Shown here: positions 1 through 8,882 of the stretch, piece by piece
How the letters are laid out: each line of letters begins with the position of its first letter
Position numbering within the stretch: the first letter of the stretch is position 1
DNA from: a virus
Virus genome (UHGV): UHGV-0036730
DNA length: 18,094 bases
Strand: one strand, 5' to 3'
Program-made: the position numbers and the translations under genes
Notes under the pieces: generated by a model
Seen by the model: only the letters and a program-made list of their open reading frames with translations
The model's database searches: none
Told to the model about the DNA's origin: nothing

Positions 1-134
1 CCAAACAGCAGACTCCCCAGCACGCCTATTGCCGCCCACTGAGACGGGGAAACCCTGTCCAGCAACTGCAGGAACCAGTAGCCCGTTCCCACCGCTGACG
101 TGGTGTATGACACACCTGTTGTGATTTTTTCCAT
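1..134 (-). CDS. Pinholin, phage 21 S21 family (5' part only; gene runs off the window start)
   Basis: Minus-strand ATG at 134 (plus 'cat' 132-134). My translation [45 protein letters not shown] closely matches the recalled phage 21 pinholin (…[25 protein letters not shown]…). Not in the ORF track because it is truncated by the window edge. Confidence 0.7.
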   Translation of the reverse strand, partial: MEKITTGVSYTTSAVGTGYWFLQLLDRVSPSQWAAIGVLGSLLF

Positions 135-218
135 CTGGTACATACCCCGTCTCCCGTACTCGGAAGCTCACAACAACAAAAGGGCCACCAGCTCTTTACT
201 GATGGCCCTGCCCCGCCG

Positions 219-509
219 TTACAGCATTGTGCCCGGTTCGGGTTGTGTGTCTGTCATATCCGTCACCGGTGGCTCCGGCTGAATATCACCATTTTCCGTG
301 GTGACATCTTCCGCCTGTGGTTCCGGAAGCAGTTCCGGGGATGGTTCCGGCTGTGCACCAAGCAATTCATCCAGAATGGCATCCACTTCTGCATCAAGAC
401 GCGCCTCAAGGTTCTGCCGAAGTTGCTGTTTCAGTGCGCTCCGGACTTCTTCAGAGCGCAGGACTTCCTTCACTGCCTCAGCAGTGACCAGCGATTTTAT
501 TTCTGACAT
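219..509 (-). CDS. Hypothetical phage protein, 96 aa, acidic Pro/Glu-rich C-terminus
   Basis: Track ORF 219..662 trimmed to the internal ATG at 509 (MSEIKSLVTAEAV…), which avoids overlap with the upstream ORF. Charged helical N-terminal half, PEP-repeat tail. Sits between nanS-p and the holin. Start not certain. Confidence 0.35.
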   Translation of the reverse strand: MSEIKSLVTAEAVKEVLRSEEVRSALKQQLRQNLEARLDAEVDAILDELLGAQPEPSPELLPEPQAEDVTTENGDIQPEPPVTDMTDTQPEPGTML

Positions 510-534
510 AGGATTTTCTCGTTGAAAGGGGTTA

Positions 535-729
535 TTAAGAAGGTTGTTCCGGAATGAGTGGGGCTTCTGTTTTTGCTCCGGCTGACTGACTGGCGCTGAT
601 TTTCTCTGCGGCCCTTTTATCAATCTGCCTGCGCCAGAAATCGCGCACTGCCCTGTACCCACCCGAAAGAAGATACAGCACGCATACCACCGTACAGAAG
701 TACAGCATCACCTGATGAACAAATGTCAT
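535..729 (-). CDS. Hypothetical small membrane protein, 64 aa
   Basis: Track ORF; one clear hydrophobic segment (LYFCTVVCVLYLLSGG) then a basic stretch. Weak ribosome-binding site. Late-region position. Confidence 0.3.
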   Translation of the reverse strand: MTFVHQVMLYFCTVVCVLYLLSGGYRAVRDFWRRQIDKRAAEKISASQSAGAKTEAPLIPEQPS

Positions 730-873
730 AGTTTCTTACCGTTATGGTTGACTCTGGAAGCAGTTTTCGTTTAAAAAATACCAGTGACGAAAGTGATATC
801 ATCTTTCCCTGATTCTCACCATGAATCTCACACCGCCAGGGGTTTCAGGCCAGCTGGCGGTTTTTTTTGCCGG

Positions 874-2903
874 TTATGCTGATTCCCGGTTTTCGTTAAC
901 TTTGACTGTGACCGTATCAAGCAGTACCGGATACGTCGCTTTTGCCCCCGTGATATCTGTCAGCGTCAGCGTATCTGCTGTAAAGCCATCATTTGTCCAC
1001 ATCACAAGGTCAAACGCNNNNNNNNNNTAAAGCCATCATTTGTCCACATCACCAGGTCAAACGCAGACTGCTCTGTATCATCAATCACCGGCACCACTTT
1101 TTCGCTGTTATTTCCCGCAAAGCGGAAAACAACTGTATGCCAGTTATGGTCAAATGCCCCAAATGTGCCCAGTTGCGCATTCGACTCCCCCTTGTGGTAC
1201 ATCAGATTCAGATTTGATGCATCCGTCTGAAGGAAGAAGGACGCCAGCATGCTGTTTGCTGTCGCGCCTGACGCCCACTGCGACACCGGCCAGTACAGAC
1301 CAAAGACAAACTGACCGTTAACCAGTTCGACACCCTCCGGGATCTTAAACCGCACGGCAATTTCACCTCCCTTACTGAGAAGATTTTTTGCCTCCTCCAC
1401 CGCAACAGTACGGAACATCTTCCAGGAGGTCAGTTTACCCGGCTGTTTTTCCAGTCGCAGCGCCTTCCTGCCACTGTCATCCGTCACAGTGCCTTTACCA
1501 CCGGACGCATTCCACTGCTGCTCTGTCCATACACCACTGCCACTGTTCGCATCATATCCGGCCACCATTCTTGTTACGGCTTCAGTATGACCGCCTGCAG
1601 AAGTACCTGCACCCTGCTGTTGCGTCGGACCCGCAGAGCCAGACTGTGCATCCCCCGTGGAGGCTGGCGTGGTCGCCAGCGGTGCAGACTGCCCGCTCAG
1701 GAACGGCAGCAAACGCCCGGCTCGCACCAGTATCTCTCCTGCCAGCCGATCTGAAACAATGCCTCTTCGCGCCCAGGAGCTGAAGTGCGTTTTACGATCG
1801 GCTGTCGTCCAGTTACCATTACTGCGTGACGCGGCACCATAGTATCCCGCCGTGATAATGTCCGGATCTTCTGACGGCTCGTTTGTCGGCACATTCGCAC
1901 CATGCTCATCCGTCATCAACGGCACAAAGTGAATATTCTGCGCCGCCTTGCCTTTATAGCCTCCGTAAACCGCCTCATACTGCACTGCATACTTCGCCTT
2001 CCAGTCGTACGTGGTGTCACCGCAAATCCACGGGACGCCGGACGTTGTCCCGCCAATACACTGGTCTGCAATATCTGCCAGGTCTGCACGGTATTTATTT
2101 ACCATGGCAAGAAAAAGTGCATTGTGCTCTGCATGTCTCCCCGAACTGACATCTTTTTCCCCCTGCATCCAGATCACCGACAACAGCACGTTTTTCGGAT
2201 TTTTCTTCAGGGCTGCACGCGTTCTGCTGACCAGGTCACGATACAACGGTTTATCCACCCCCCACAGGGAAGAGCCCGCTGTCGCACCCGACGCCTCATT
2301 AAACGCGCCCTCTGCTCCCGCAGTAAATCCCGAATCGCCACGTCCACACGGGACAAGAAGGATCCCCGCACGGGCAGGCATAAACGGCAGCAGTTTTTTG
2401 GCCACATGCAGGGCATGCCCCACACAGCCATACTGCCCTTTATTGAGGTCTGCTTTCGGGTGATTCAGATTACTCACGTCCTGCACATCATGCAGACAAT
2501 GGTCTGCAGGAATAATGTCGTTATATGCACAGGCCGCACCGCCCGGTGTCACCGTGCTGCGACGCGCCAGTTGCTTAATACGCGGGTCAGGACGATCATA
2601 CGTATCCGGCAGCGGCAGCCCCTCGCCAAAAGACATCGAGTTGGACTGCCCGGCCAGCGCAATGACAAAGTAATATTCCGGTTCGCTGGTGGTGCTGATA
2701 ACAGCGCCACCATCACCCGACGGTTGCACCACCACCGGTGTGGTGACATCACCTTCCGCCGCAATGGCCTGCATCAGGGTATAGGGCGTGATGGCCACCG
2801 GACTGCCAAATGGCTGCCACCCCTCCTTCAGTTTTTGAGTCAGTCGCTCCGCAAGGTCTGACGGCGACGCCGCCCTGACCACGTCATAGTGTTTAAATGC
2901 CAT
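874..2903 (-). CDS. nanS-p: Prophage sialate 9-O-acetylesterase NanS-p (SGNH/sialate O-acetylesterase family); reading frame interrupted by an assembly gap
   Basis: Track ORF 1002..2903: N-terminus MAFKHYDVVRAASPSDLAERLTQKLKEGWQPFGSPV… is the recalled signature of Stx-prophage NanS-p. GGAGG ribosome-binding site 5 nt upstream of the ATG at 2903. The ORF runs into the N-run at 1018..1027; if the duplicated 37-nt flank is collapsed, my manual translation continues in frame (…WTNDGF-TADTLTLTDITGAKATYPVLLDTVTVKVNENRESA) to a TAA at 874..876, so the 3' end at 874 is inferred. Confidence 0.75.
1018..1027. other. Run of 10 N (scaffold/assembly gap) flanked by a near-identical 37-nt duplication (981..1017 vs 1028..1064)
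   Basis: Direct reading: 'taaagccatcatttgtccacatcacaaggtcaaacgc' + 10 N + the same 37-mer with one mismatch (a/c at 1006 vs 1053). Confidence 0.9.
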
Positions 2904-3097
2904 GAATCCTCCCGGTCGGGATAATGTTGTGAGTCAGATGAGGGAACGGGCTGAAGTCCGGAAGTTACAGGACAATGGCAGGAGGAAGACTACAGCCCGC
3001 AATACGAAAAAGGCCGCGCTATTGCGCAGAGTGATTACTGTCGGATATTATTCGCCAGCTGAAATATTACTTCACGTTTTGTTGTTTATTCCTTGCC

Positions 3098-3127
3098 GCC
3101 CGCGTCTCCCAGCGCGGGCTTTTTTTG
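3098..3127 (+). terminator. Rho-independent terminator (plus strand)
   Basis: Stem gcccgcg (3098..3104) / cgcgggc (3113..3119), 8-nt loop, then a T-run 3120..3126. Confidence 0.5.
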
Positions 3128-3128
3128 T

Positions 3129-3157
3129 CCATAAGAAAGCCCCTCCGGAGAGGGGCT
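3129..3157 (-). terminator. Candidate rho-independent terminator (minus strand), back to back with the plus-strand terminator
   Basis: Perfect 8-bp stem agcccctc / gaggggct with cgga tetraloop (3138..3157); on the minus strand it is followed by a U-rich tract (uucuuau). Confidence 0.35.
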
Positions 3158-3475
3158 GGAGAGTGGCGCTATGTGCCATTGCATGGTGCCGGGTGCCTCC
3201 CGGTGAGTTCAGTATCAGCACCTGAACCCGCACAGAAAGGATAAGGGTCGGTGACAAAACACCAGTTGCTGATTGCCCCTCCGCACAGGGGGATTCACCA
3301 TGCCAGTTTCTTTTAACAAACTCCCCGCAAACCAGACAACAGTCAACCGCCTGAATTGTGAGGTATTTAAAAATTTCAACGGGTAACTGATACCCTGCTA
3401 ATCGCCTGATGCTTTCTTTTTCAGCAACGGGGAAGCAACAACCACCACACCCACCAGCCGCCCATTTACCACAAA

Positions 3476-3500
3476 TAAAAAAGCCTTCACTGCGGAAGGC
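3476..3500 (-). terminator. Rho-independent terminator (minus strand) directly after the 95-aa ORF
   Basis: Minus-strand hairpin gccttc-cgcagt-gaaggc followed by uuuuuuauuugu; the stop codon of the 3487..3774 ORF lies in the stem. Confidence 0.5.
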
Positions 3501-3774
3501 GTCTGTAACAACCGAACTGATAGTCTGCCAGACCCGCCATAACCAGCTGGGTCAGTATTAACTGGCAGCGTTCGCGTGAAAGGTAAGTATTCTGCGCAAT
3601 CTCCCCGACTGTCGCCGGGTAGGTGACGCTTAATTCATTAAACACCACTCTGGCGGTTTCTGTCATATCCTGCTGTTTTAGCATGTCTTTTTCCCTTTTC
3701 CGGTTAACGTGACATACCAATAACTCTTGTCTAAAAAGCCAGCAAGCTGAAAGACAGGTATTCACCACCAGCAC
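3487..3774 (-). CDS. Hypothetical protein, 95 aa or shorter, first ORF after tR'
   Basis: Track ORF. Alternative starts at 3684 (MLKQQDMTET…) or 3666 (MTETARV…). It has its own terminator. It occupies the slot where Stx phages carry tRNAs and stxAB. Confidence 0.35.
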   Translation of the reverse strand: MLVVNTCLSACWLFRQELLVCHVNRKREKDMLKQQDMTETARVVFNELSVTYPATVGEIAQNTYLSRERCQLILTQLVMAGLADYQFGCYRRLPQ

Positions 3775-3803
3775 GTTTACTGTACTGATGCGATTTCAGT
3801 CAT

Positions 3804-3830
3804 AAAAAACCCGCCAGGCGGCGGGTTTAA
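3804..3830 (-). terminator. tR'-like rho-independent terminator downstream of Q
   Basis: Minus strand: aaacccgccgcc-tggcgggttt hairpin followed by uuuuuau. About 55 bp downstream of the Q stop, as for lambda tR'. Confidence 0.55.
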
Positions 3831-3885
3831 GTTGTGTGGCGTAGTAACCACTCTTAACATACTGACATACTTTTTGCGGACCGCG
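3831..3885 (-). promoter_or_regulatory. Presumed late promoter pR' / qut region (positional inference)
   Basis: The interval between the Q stop (3886) and the tR'-like terminator is where lambdoid phages carry pR' and the Q-utilisation site. I could not pin -10/-35 hexamers. Confidence 0.3.
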
Positions 3886-4278
3886 CTAATCATTTTTTAC
3901 TTTTTTGGGCAGCCAGTCGTCCATCTCCAGCCTTACACCCAGCATCGACAGACATCCGTCAATAAATCCTTCAGCAATCTGCATCTCAATTCGTATTGCC
4001 TTTTCGCTCTTCTTTCTTGTTCTGGCAATCTGCCTTTTTGATATGCGCAGCAGATAATGAGCTACCAGCAGCGAATACTCGTCCGGTTTTTTCTTCTTCA
4101 GGCGCGTAAGGCAGTTTTCGATGATAAGGCCGTCATCATCGCTGCAGGCCGGGCGAGGTTTAGCGGTGGATGGTAAAAGGCCTTTAAATCCAGCAGCTAT
4201 CGGAGAATAGTCCACCCCGGTGTTACCACTTGCCGCCCATGCGCCCCAGCGTTCAAGCACCTGCTGAATATCACGCAT
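3886..4278 (-). CDS. Antitermination protein Q, phage 21 / QuuD-like family
   Basis: Track ORF 3886..4383 trimmed to the ATG at 4278: [37 protein letters not shown]… matches the recalled QuuD/Q21 N-terminus (MRDIQMVLERWGAWAA…). Overlaps the ninH stop by 8 nt; followed by a tR'-like terminator. Confidence 0.7.
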   Translation of the reverse strand: MRDIQQVLERWGAWAASGNTGVDYSPIAAGFKGLLPSTAKPRPACSDDDGLIIENCLTRLKKKKPDEYSLLVAHYLLRISKRQIARTRKKSEKAIRIEMQIAEGFIDGCLSMLGVRLEMDDWLPKKVKND

Positions 4279-4471
4279 CAGAGTCTTTACCCTTATCCCA
4301 TCCACGATGGACCATAAGGACACCGTTGACGACGGCGTGCCGTTTGCCTTCTTTATCGCCAATATATTTTCTGACCGTGGCACGATTACAGTTCAGTATT
4401 CGGGCCACTTCGGTCTGATTTCCATATGCCTCAACAAGCATGTCAGGAATGATTTTTACGGTGAACGTCAT
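4271..4471 (-). CDS. ninH: NinH
   Basis: [58 protein letters not shown]… is near-identical in pattern to recalled lambda NinH ([36 protein letters not shown]…). Confidence 0.8.
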   Translation of the reverse strand: MTFTVKIIPDMLVEAYGNQTEVARILNCNRATVRKYIGDKEGKRHAVVNGVLMVHRGWDKGKDSDA

Positions 4472-5037
4472 GCGGCCTCACTTCTGCTGTTTCGCAGGCC
4501 TTTAAGTTTCTGTTGATACTCTGCCTTGATCGCCTTGCACTCTTCGACAGTCCAGCGGTGGCGACTATGGTTTGATTCGATTTCGTCTACTGCTTCCTGC
4601 CCGATGCGGTTAATCAGTTCGACGCGATACGGAACGAGATTTCCGCTTTTGTATTGGTTACACACCACGCATTGCTTATGGATATTGCGTTCATCAAATC
4701 TGAGCTGAGGTGCCGCAGCTGTTGTACGGTAATGGCCAGCATCCCACTGGGCTGAATCTAACGTCCCGCATGAAACACACGGCAAATGACGGTCCCGCTC
4801 CCTGATATAAGCATTCACAGCCTGTTGTGCCTGCTTAATCCAGTAACTGCGGGGCTGTAAGTCCCTCCTGCGCGCTTTCAGCTTGTCTGCCTGCTCTTTT
4901 GCTGAAGTTATCGCCTTTTCTTTTCTGACCAGTTCCAGTGCGCACTGACCACAGCAAACTTTCTGATATGAGCGGAACGGCACAAACGAGGAGCCGCACA
5001 CTTTGCATTTTTTGGGTTTACGTTGCTTCATCATCAC
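4468..5037 (-). CDS. ninG: NinG / Rap recombination-associated protein
   Basis: …[96 protein letters not shown]… is near-identical to the recalled lambda NinG C-terminal two-thirds. ATGA overlap with ninH. Confidence 0.85.
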   Translation of the reverse strand: MMMKQRKPKKCKVCGSSFVPFRSYQKVCCGQCALELVRKEKAITSAKEQADKLKARRRDLQPRSYWIKQAQQAVNAYIRERDRHLPCVSCGTLDSAQWDAGHYRTTAAAPQLRFDERNIHKQCVVCNQYKSGNLVPYRVELINRIGQEAVDEIESNHSRHRWTVEECKAIKAEYQQKLKGLRNSRSEAA

Positions 5038-5038
5038 C

Positions 5039-5488
5039 TCAGAAAAACGACAGCAGGCGGTTATTCAGTTCAGGGCTGTTTGAGCGCCCAAACACATGCT
5101 TTAACGCGGCATTAATCATTGCGTTGTAGCAACGTTCAAACTCATCCTGATCCATATTCGCGTAACTCAGGCTTTTTGCCCGATATCTCACCTCGCCTCT
5201 TATGGTTGTGACCACATCATAGAACCCGGCAAGAATTGTCAGATTTTTACGAAACTCATCAAACTGCGTCGCTTCATCAGAGAATTCGTATCCAGCATGT
5301 TCAGCGCACCAGTACTGAAAGCAGAAATTAAGAAAAGCGAACATCTTCCGGTGAAAAGATGGGTTACGGGTAAGTTTTGCTTCCAGTGTATACAGCTCAC
5401 CGTTTTTAAATTTTGCCAGTCGGGGTAAATCGCGCTCATACGCCGGTACAAATACGCCATTAGCCGCCTTGATCATCTCTATTTCCAT
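5039..5488 (-). CDS. Phage protein in the NinB position (DUF1367-like; family assignment tentative)
   Basis: Track ORF of 149 aa; start overlaps the primase stop (TGATG). No convincing match to lambda NinB from memory. Confidence 0.45.
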   Translation of the reverse strand: MEIEMIKAANGVFVPAYERDLPRLAKFKNGELYTLEAKLTRNPSFHRKMFAFLNFCFQYWCAEHAGYEFSDEATQFDEFRKNLTILAGFYDVVTTIRGEVRYRAKSLSYANMDQDEFERCYNAMINAALKHVFGRSNSPELNNRLLSFF

Positions 5489-6459
5489 CAGGCAGCCTCC
5501 GCTTTGAATTTGCGCGTCAACACATGTTCACGGGCTTCACACCCCTGAATGAGCATGTCGTTAAAATCCGGCAAGTCAGGCCAGCGAATGCTGACCTTCT
5601 CAACGTCATTACGACTCATGAGATTCTTATGCCCACATTTAAAGGCAGCCGCCAGACCTGCGCCGTGCTCATCATTGTCTGCAAAGATAATCAGGTGATT
5701 AACGCCTGGTGGCGCAATAAACTTCTCCATAAAACCGGAGTTCATTGTTGACCACACATTGCAGCGGAAGATTTGACGGCATGAAAGCGCAGTTTCGATA
5801 CCCTCGGCTATCCCCAGAGTGGACGACACCGGATACAGGCGTATTGCCACCGATTTGGCATGCTGCAAACCAGGCAACTCCTGTAGCGCAGTCATTTTTT
5901 TAGCCGCCTCTACATTCGCCTTGCGATCACCATCCAGCAACGTACGATGCAGATAGCAAAGAGAACCTTTGTCATCTGTTGCAATGGCGTAAATTGCCTG
6001 ATATTCGCGCCCGCTGGCGATCTGACGGTCACAGAAACGCACGGATTCGGTCGGTAACTGGAGTATTCCCCTCCCCTGCAGGTACGCCTCACCTGTTGTG
6101 CCCCGCAGACACGGGAGTCCGGCAAACTTATCCATGACCCGCTCCCGTTCTCTGGCAATATCCGTTACAGTGCGTCTGGCATGCCCTCTCTTCCAGGTAT
6201 TACCAACCAGTCGATCGACTTCATCGCACAGATCAACCCAGGGCTTACCCGTGGCAAGTTGCAACAACTTCATCCCGTCCCCGTGACCACAGACACAAAT
6301 CCATGAACCGGAACCATCCTTATCATCACAGCGAAATTTACCTCTGGCACCACATATCGGGCAGGGGCCGCTATAATGTTTCAAGCCAGTAACAGGAGGC
6401 ATGCCGTAATATTCAAAAATTCGCCCCCAATGCCCGGCCGCTGCCTTCTTAGTCTGCAT
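5488..6459 (-). CDS. DNA primase, P4-alpha-like zinc-ribbon + TOPRIM domain protein
   Basis: N-terminal CPICG…CDDKDGSGSWICVCGHGDG zinc-binding motif; C-terminal IIFADNDEHG (TOPRIM DxD-type acidic motif). Overlaps the helicase stop. Confidence 0.65.
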   Translation of the reverse strand: MQTKKAAAGHWGRIFEYYGMPPVTGLKHYSGPCPICGARGKFRCDDKDGSGSWICVCGHGDGMKLLQLATGKPWVDLCDEVDRLVGNTWKRGHARRTVTDIARERERVMDKFAGLPCLRGTTGEAYLQGRGILQLPTESVRFCDRQIASGREYQAIYAIATDDKGSLCYLHRTLLDGDRKANVEAAKKMTALQELPGLQHAKSVAIRLYPVSSTLGIAEGIETALSCRQIFRCNVWSTMNSGFMEKFIAPPGVNHLIIFADNDEHGAGLAAAFKCGHKNLMSRNDVEKVSIRWPDLPDFNDMLIQGCEAREHVLTRKFKAEAA

Positions 6460-7969
6460 GCTGGCCTCCTGTCATGGCTTTCTTGCGCCCTTTGGCATAG
6501 GCAATGGTCTTTGACTTGATGAAGTTGTACACTTCAACTGAGGTTTGCAGCGGCGCATTACTGAAGCCTTTAGGCCACACACCGAACTTCTCCTTGTAGG
6601 TATGAGCGCACCATCCGTCACTCAGGGGTTTACCCGTCGCGTTGCGGTAATTCTGATAACCCTTGATCTCACTCCACCAACGCTGTTTTTCCTCACGGGT
6701 GTATTCGCGTTTCCCTTTGTTGACGCGTGAAAGCTTACGATCGCGATCTGTCGCCACGTCATCACCACCAAGTGGGCGAAATCCACATTTGGGACACATG
6801 TGTACACCAGCAGGCTTCATGAAGTGGCATTTGGGGCATTCTCTGGGAAGTTTTTCAGCTTTAACCTCGCCACCGCCAGCAGACGCTTTCATTCCGTCAT
6901 TTTTTCCCGGAAGTTCGTCATACTCGATATCCTCGGGGAAGCCCAGCCGATGAACCGTACCGGAATGGTCGAAAATCAATGCGCGTTTTTTACCAGACGC
7001 AGTACGTAACGCTCTCCCGATGCACTGCAACCAGCGGATTTCTGATTTGGTCGGACGGGCGTAGATCAGGCAGCGAACATCGCTGTCAAATCCCGCAACC
7101 AGTACGCCGACGTTGACAATTATTTTGGTCGCACCATCTTCAAAACGGCGAATGATATCCTGCCGTTCATCATGGGGGGTATCTGCCGTCATCACCTCTG
7201 CGCCAATGCCAGACTGTAAAAACTCACGGGTAACAAAGTTCGCATGAGCCACGTTCACGCAGAAGCAGATCGTCGGTAAATCCTCGCCATTCTCAAGCCA
7301 GTTGCTAACGATATCGCCAACCAGATCCGAACTCCCCATGATGGATGCGAGCTGTTCCTCGTTGTAATCCCGTCCAAATACGGTGTTACTGGTTTTTACG
7401 CCAGTCAGATCAGGCATTGAGGGGGCAAAAAACTCGTAATCGCTCAGATCACCACGCTGAATAAGTTCACGAATCGTTGTAGGCTTGATCAGGCATTCGT
7501 AGTACTTCCCCATCCAGGCTGCGAATGGGGTGCCGGAAAGTCCAAGAACCCTGATGTCTCTGTCCCGGATAACCTCAAGTAACGCACGACGCTTCATGTG
7601 TGCTTCATCGATGATCAGCAGATCGATGTTGTCAGGAAACTCACGACGGATCAGCGTGTCGGCACTGGCAATCTGAATCAGTCGTGACGGGTCATAGTTA
7701 GGGTGATCACGCCATACAAAACTGATTTCTTCCCACGGTAAACCGTATTCGGTGAAACGTTCCGCTGTCTGGTTCAGCAGGATGGTGTACGGACAGACAA
7801 ACATCACCCGCATACCACGTTCAACCATTCCGGCGGTGACGAATGCTGCAAGACCAGTTTTGCCAGAGCCAGTGGGTGCGTACATCAAGTACGTGCGATG
7901 CTGTTTCCACTGGTGCCGCAGCTGGTTTAAACCGCGCTCCTGAGCAAAGTTTGGGATTATTTTCAGCAT
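6449..7969 (-). CDS. Superfamily-2 DEAD/DEAH-box replicative helicase with C-terminal zinc ribbon
   Basis: Walker A APTGSGKT; DEAH box LLIIDEAHM; C-terminal CPKCHF…CPKCGF. 506 aa, operonic with the primase. Confidence 0.7.
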   Translation of the reverse strand: MLKIIPNFAQERGLNQLRHQWKQHRTYLMYAPTGSGKTGLAAFVTAGMVERGMRVMFVCPYTILLNQTAERFTEYGLPWEEISFVWRDHPNYDPSRLIQIASADTLIRREFPDNIDLLIIDEAHMKRRALLEVIRDRDIRVLGLSGTPFAAWMGKYYECLIKPTTIRELIQRGDLSDYEFFAPSMPDLTGVKTSNTVFGRDYNEEQLASIMGSSDLVGDIVSNWLENGEDLPTICFCVNVAHANFVTREFLQSGIGAEVMTADTPHDERQDIIRRFEDGATKIIVNVGVLVAGFDSDVRCLIYARPTKSEIRWLQCIGRALRTASGKKRALIFDHSGTVHRLGFPEDIEYDELPGKNDGMKASAGGGEVKAEKLPRECPKCHFMKPAGVHMCPKCGFRPLGGDDVATDRDRKLSRVNKGKREYTREEKQRWWSEIKGYQNYRNATGKPLSDGWCAHTYKEKFGVWPKGFSNAPLQTSVEVYNFIKSKTIAYAKGRKKAMTGGQHAD

Positions 7970-8349
7970 GACGCCCCCTTGCTACGTGATTTACCCGTTG
8001 CCGGGATCACGTCGATCTCATCGCTAACGTATTGATCCGGATTACATGAACAGCGCAGAAGCACGATACCAGGAATGCCGTATAGCTTGAGTCTGCGCAG
8101 TTTCAGTATTGAACGTGCCCGTGGTGACGCTCTGTCCACCTCGATCGCGCACCGTTCACCAGATGGGGCAACGACCATGATATCGACGAATCCGCGCTTA
8201 CCGTTGCCCATATCAACCAGATAATTACGTTCGATCGCCAGTCCGGCATCACGCAATTTGGCAGCCAGCACATAATCAAACGTGACCTTGTCTTTTCCGG
8301 TGTAGAATTTGTTTCCGAGCAGGCTGATAACCACATGTTTGATGAACAT
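7963..8349 (-). CDS. Hypothetical protein, 128 aa, first gene of the replication operon
   Basis: Track ORF overlapping the helicase start by 7 nt; possible PD-(D/E)xK-like motif (GFVDIMVV…ERCAIEVD), speculative. Confidence 0.4.
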   Translation of the reverse strand: MFIKHVVISLLGNKFYTGKDKVTFDYVLAAKLRDAGLAIERNYLVDMGNGKRGFVDIMVVAPSGERCAIEVDRASPRARSILKLRRLKLYGIPGIVLLRCSCNPDQYVSDEIDVIPATGKSRSKGASC

Positions 8350-8570
8350 GGTACTATTTCCACTGTGATAGTTAGCACAATAATAATTTCGCCAGAAACT
8401 ATCGCGCCCTATACAGTGATCTACCTAACCTATGGAGCTGCCTTCCTCTGGTAGTGCCCTTACGGGCACGGATGTTACAGATCTGCCCCCTTACCCCCTT
8501 CTTAGTAAAATTTCAAGCCAAATAATTTCACATGAAATTATTTCACAAAAAATAATCACCTTGATGAGGT
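8350..8570. promoter_or_regulatory. Intergenic region with palindromes and AT-rich iteron-like repeats; candidate replication origin and/or promoter
   Basis: 16-bp palindrome gtgccc-ttac-gggcac (8454..8469); inverted repeat aataatttca-ca-tgaaattatt (8521..8542); reiterated (a)aattt(t)ca motifs 8505..8560; two GATC-containing tacag(t)gatct repeats (8411..8421, 8475..8484). Confidence 0.25.
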
Positions 8571-8852
8571 CTATTCCTTCCGTATCGCTACTGGCGAAAG
8601 CATCCAGCCACGGCTGGCTCTCGCGTACTTCTGGACATACACCCGTAACCGGGTGTTGGCGCTCCGTCTTGCCCTGTTGCCCTTCCTGAACGATACAGGC
8701 TCCTTGTCCCACTCTTCCTGGTACACTCTCGCGTACTCTGCTGCAATTTTTACCCGGGTGGTCGGGTCTAGCTGTAACAATTGCTCCTGTATCCAGTCCC
8801 GATCAGCATCGCTGTACTGATCGGGCATAACCGTTTTGATTTGCCTGTTCAC
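8571..8852 (-). CDS. Hypothetical protein in the cII position (no recognisable similarity to lambda cII)
   Basis: Track ORF (GTG at 8852; alternative ATG at 8828 giving MPDQYSD…). Basic C-terminal half. Immediately downstream of cro. Confidence 0.4.
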   Translation of the reverse strand: MNRQIKTVMPDQYSDADRDWIQEQLLQLDPTTRVKIAAEYARVYQEEWDKEPVSFRKGNRARRSANTRLRVYVQKYARASRGWMLSPVAIRKE

Positions 8853-8882
8853 TCACACCTCCGATGGGCTGTGTGTCCAGGA

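Noticed and set aside
243-525. Plus-strand ORFs 243..506 and 298..525
   Set aside because: Antisense to the 219..509 late ORF; Ser/Arg-rich low-complexity translations.
821-1030. 69-aa plus-strand ORF ending in the N-run
   Set aside because: Antisense to the inferred nanS-p C-terminus and terminated artificially by the gap.
1902-2861. 319-aa plus-strand ORF, plus other plus-strand ORFs (1388..1783, 1883..2149, 2011..2463)
   Set aside because: All lie antisense to the well-supported nanS-p gene; Arg/His/Cys-rich low-complexity translations typical of the opposite strand of a GC-rich gene.
2902-3225. 107-aa plus-strand ORF divergent from nanS-p
   Set aside because: It reads straight through two strong hairpin terminators and is Arg-rich low complexity; more likely non-coding (possible short transcript, see findings).
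2904-3830. tRNA genes or stxAB between Q and nanS-p
   Set aside because: No GGTTCGAATCC-type T-loop signatures or cloverleaf-sized candidates seen, and no ORFs of stxA/stxB size; absence by eye only, needs tRNAscan.
5910-6286. Small ORFs nested in the primase gene (5910..6158 minus, 6098..6286 plus, 5524..5751 plus)
   Set aside because: Out-of-frame or antisense overlaps with the primase, which has clear zinc-ribbon and TOPRIM motifs.
8432-8712. Plus-strand ORFs 8432..8689 and 8491..8712
   Set aside because: They lie in the repeat-rich intergenic region or antisense to the cII-position ORF; no ribosome-binding site and implausible composition.
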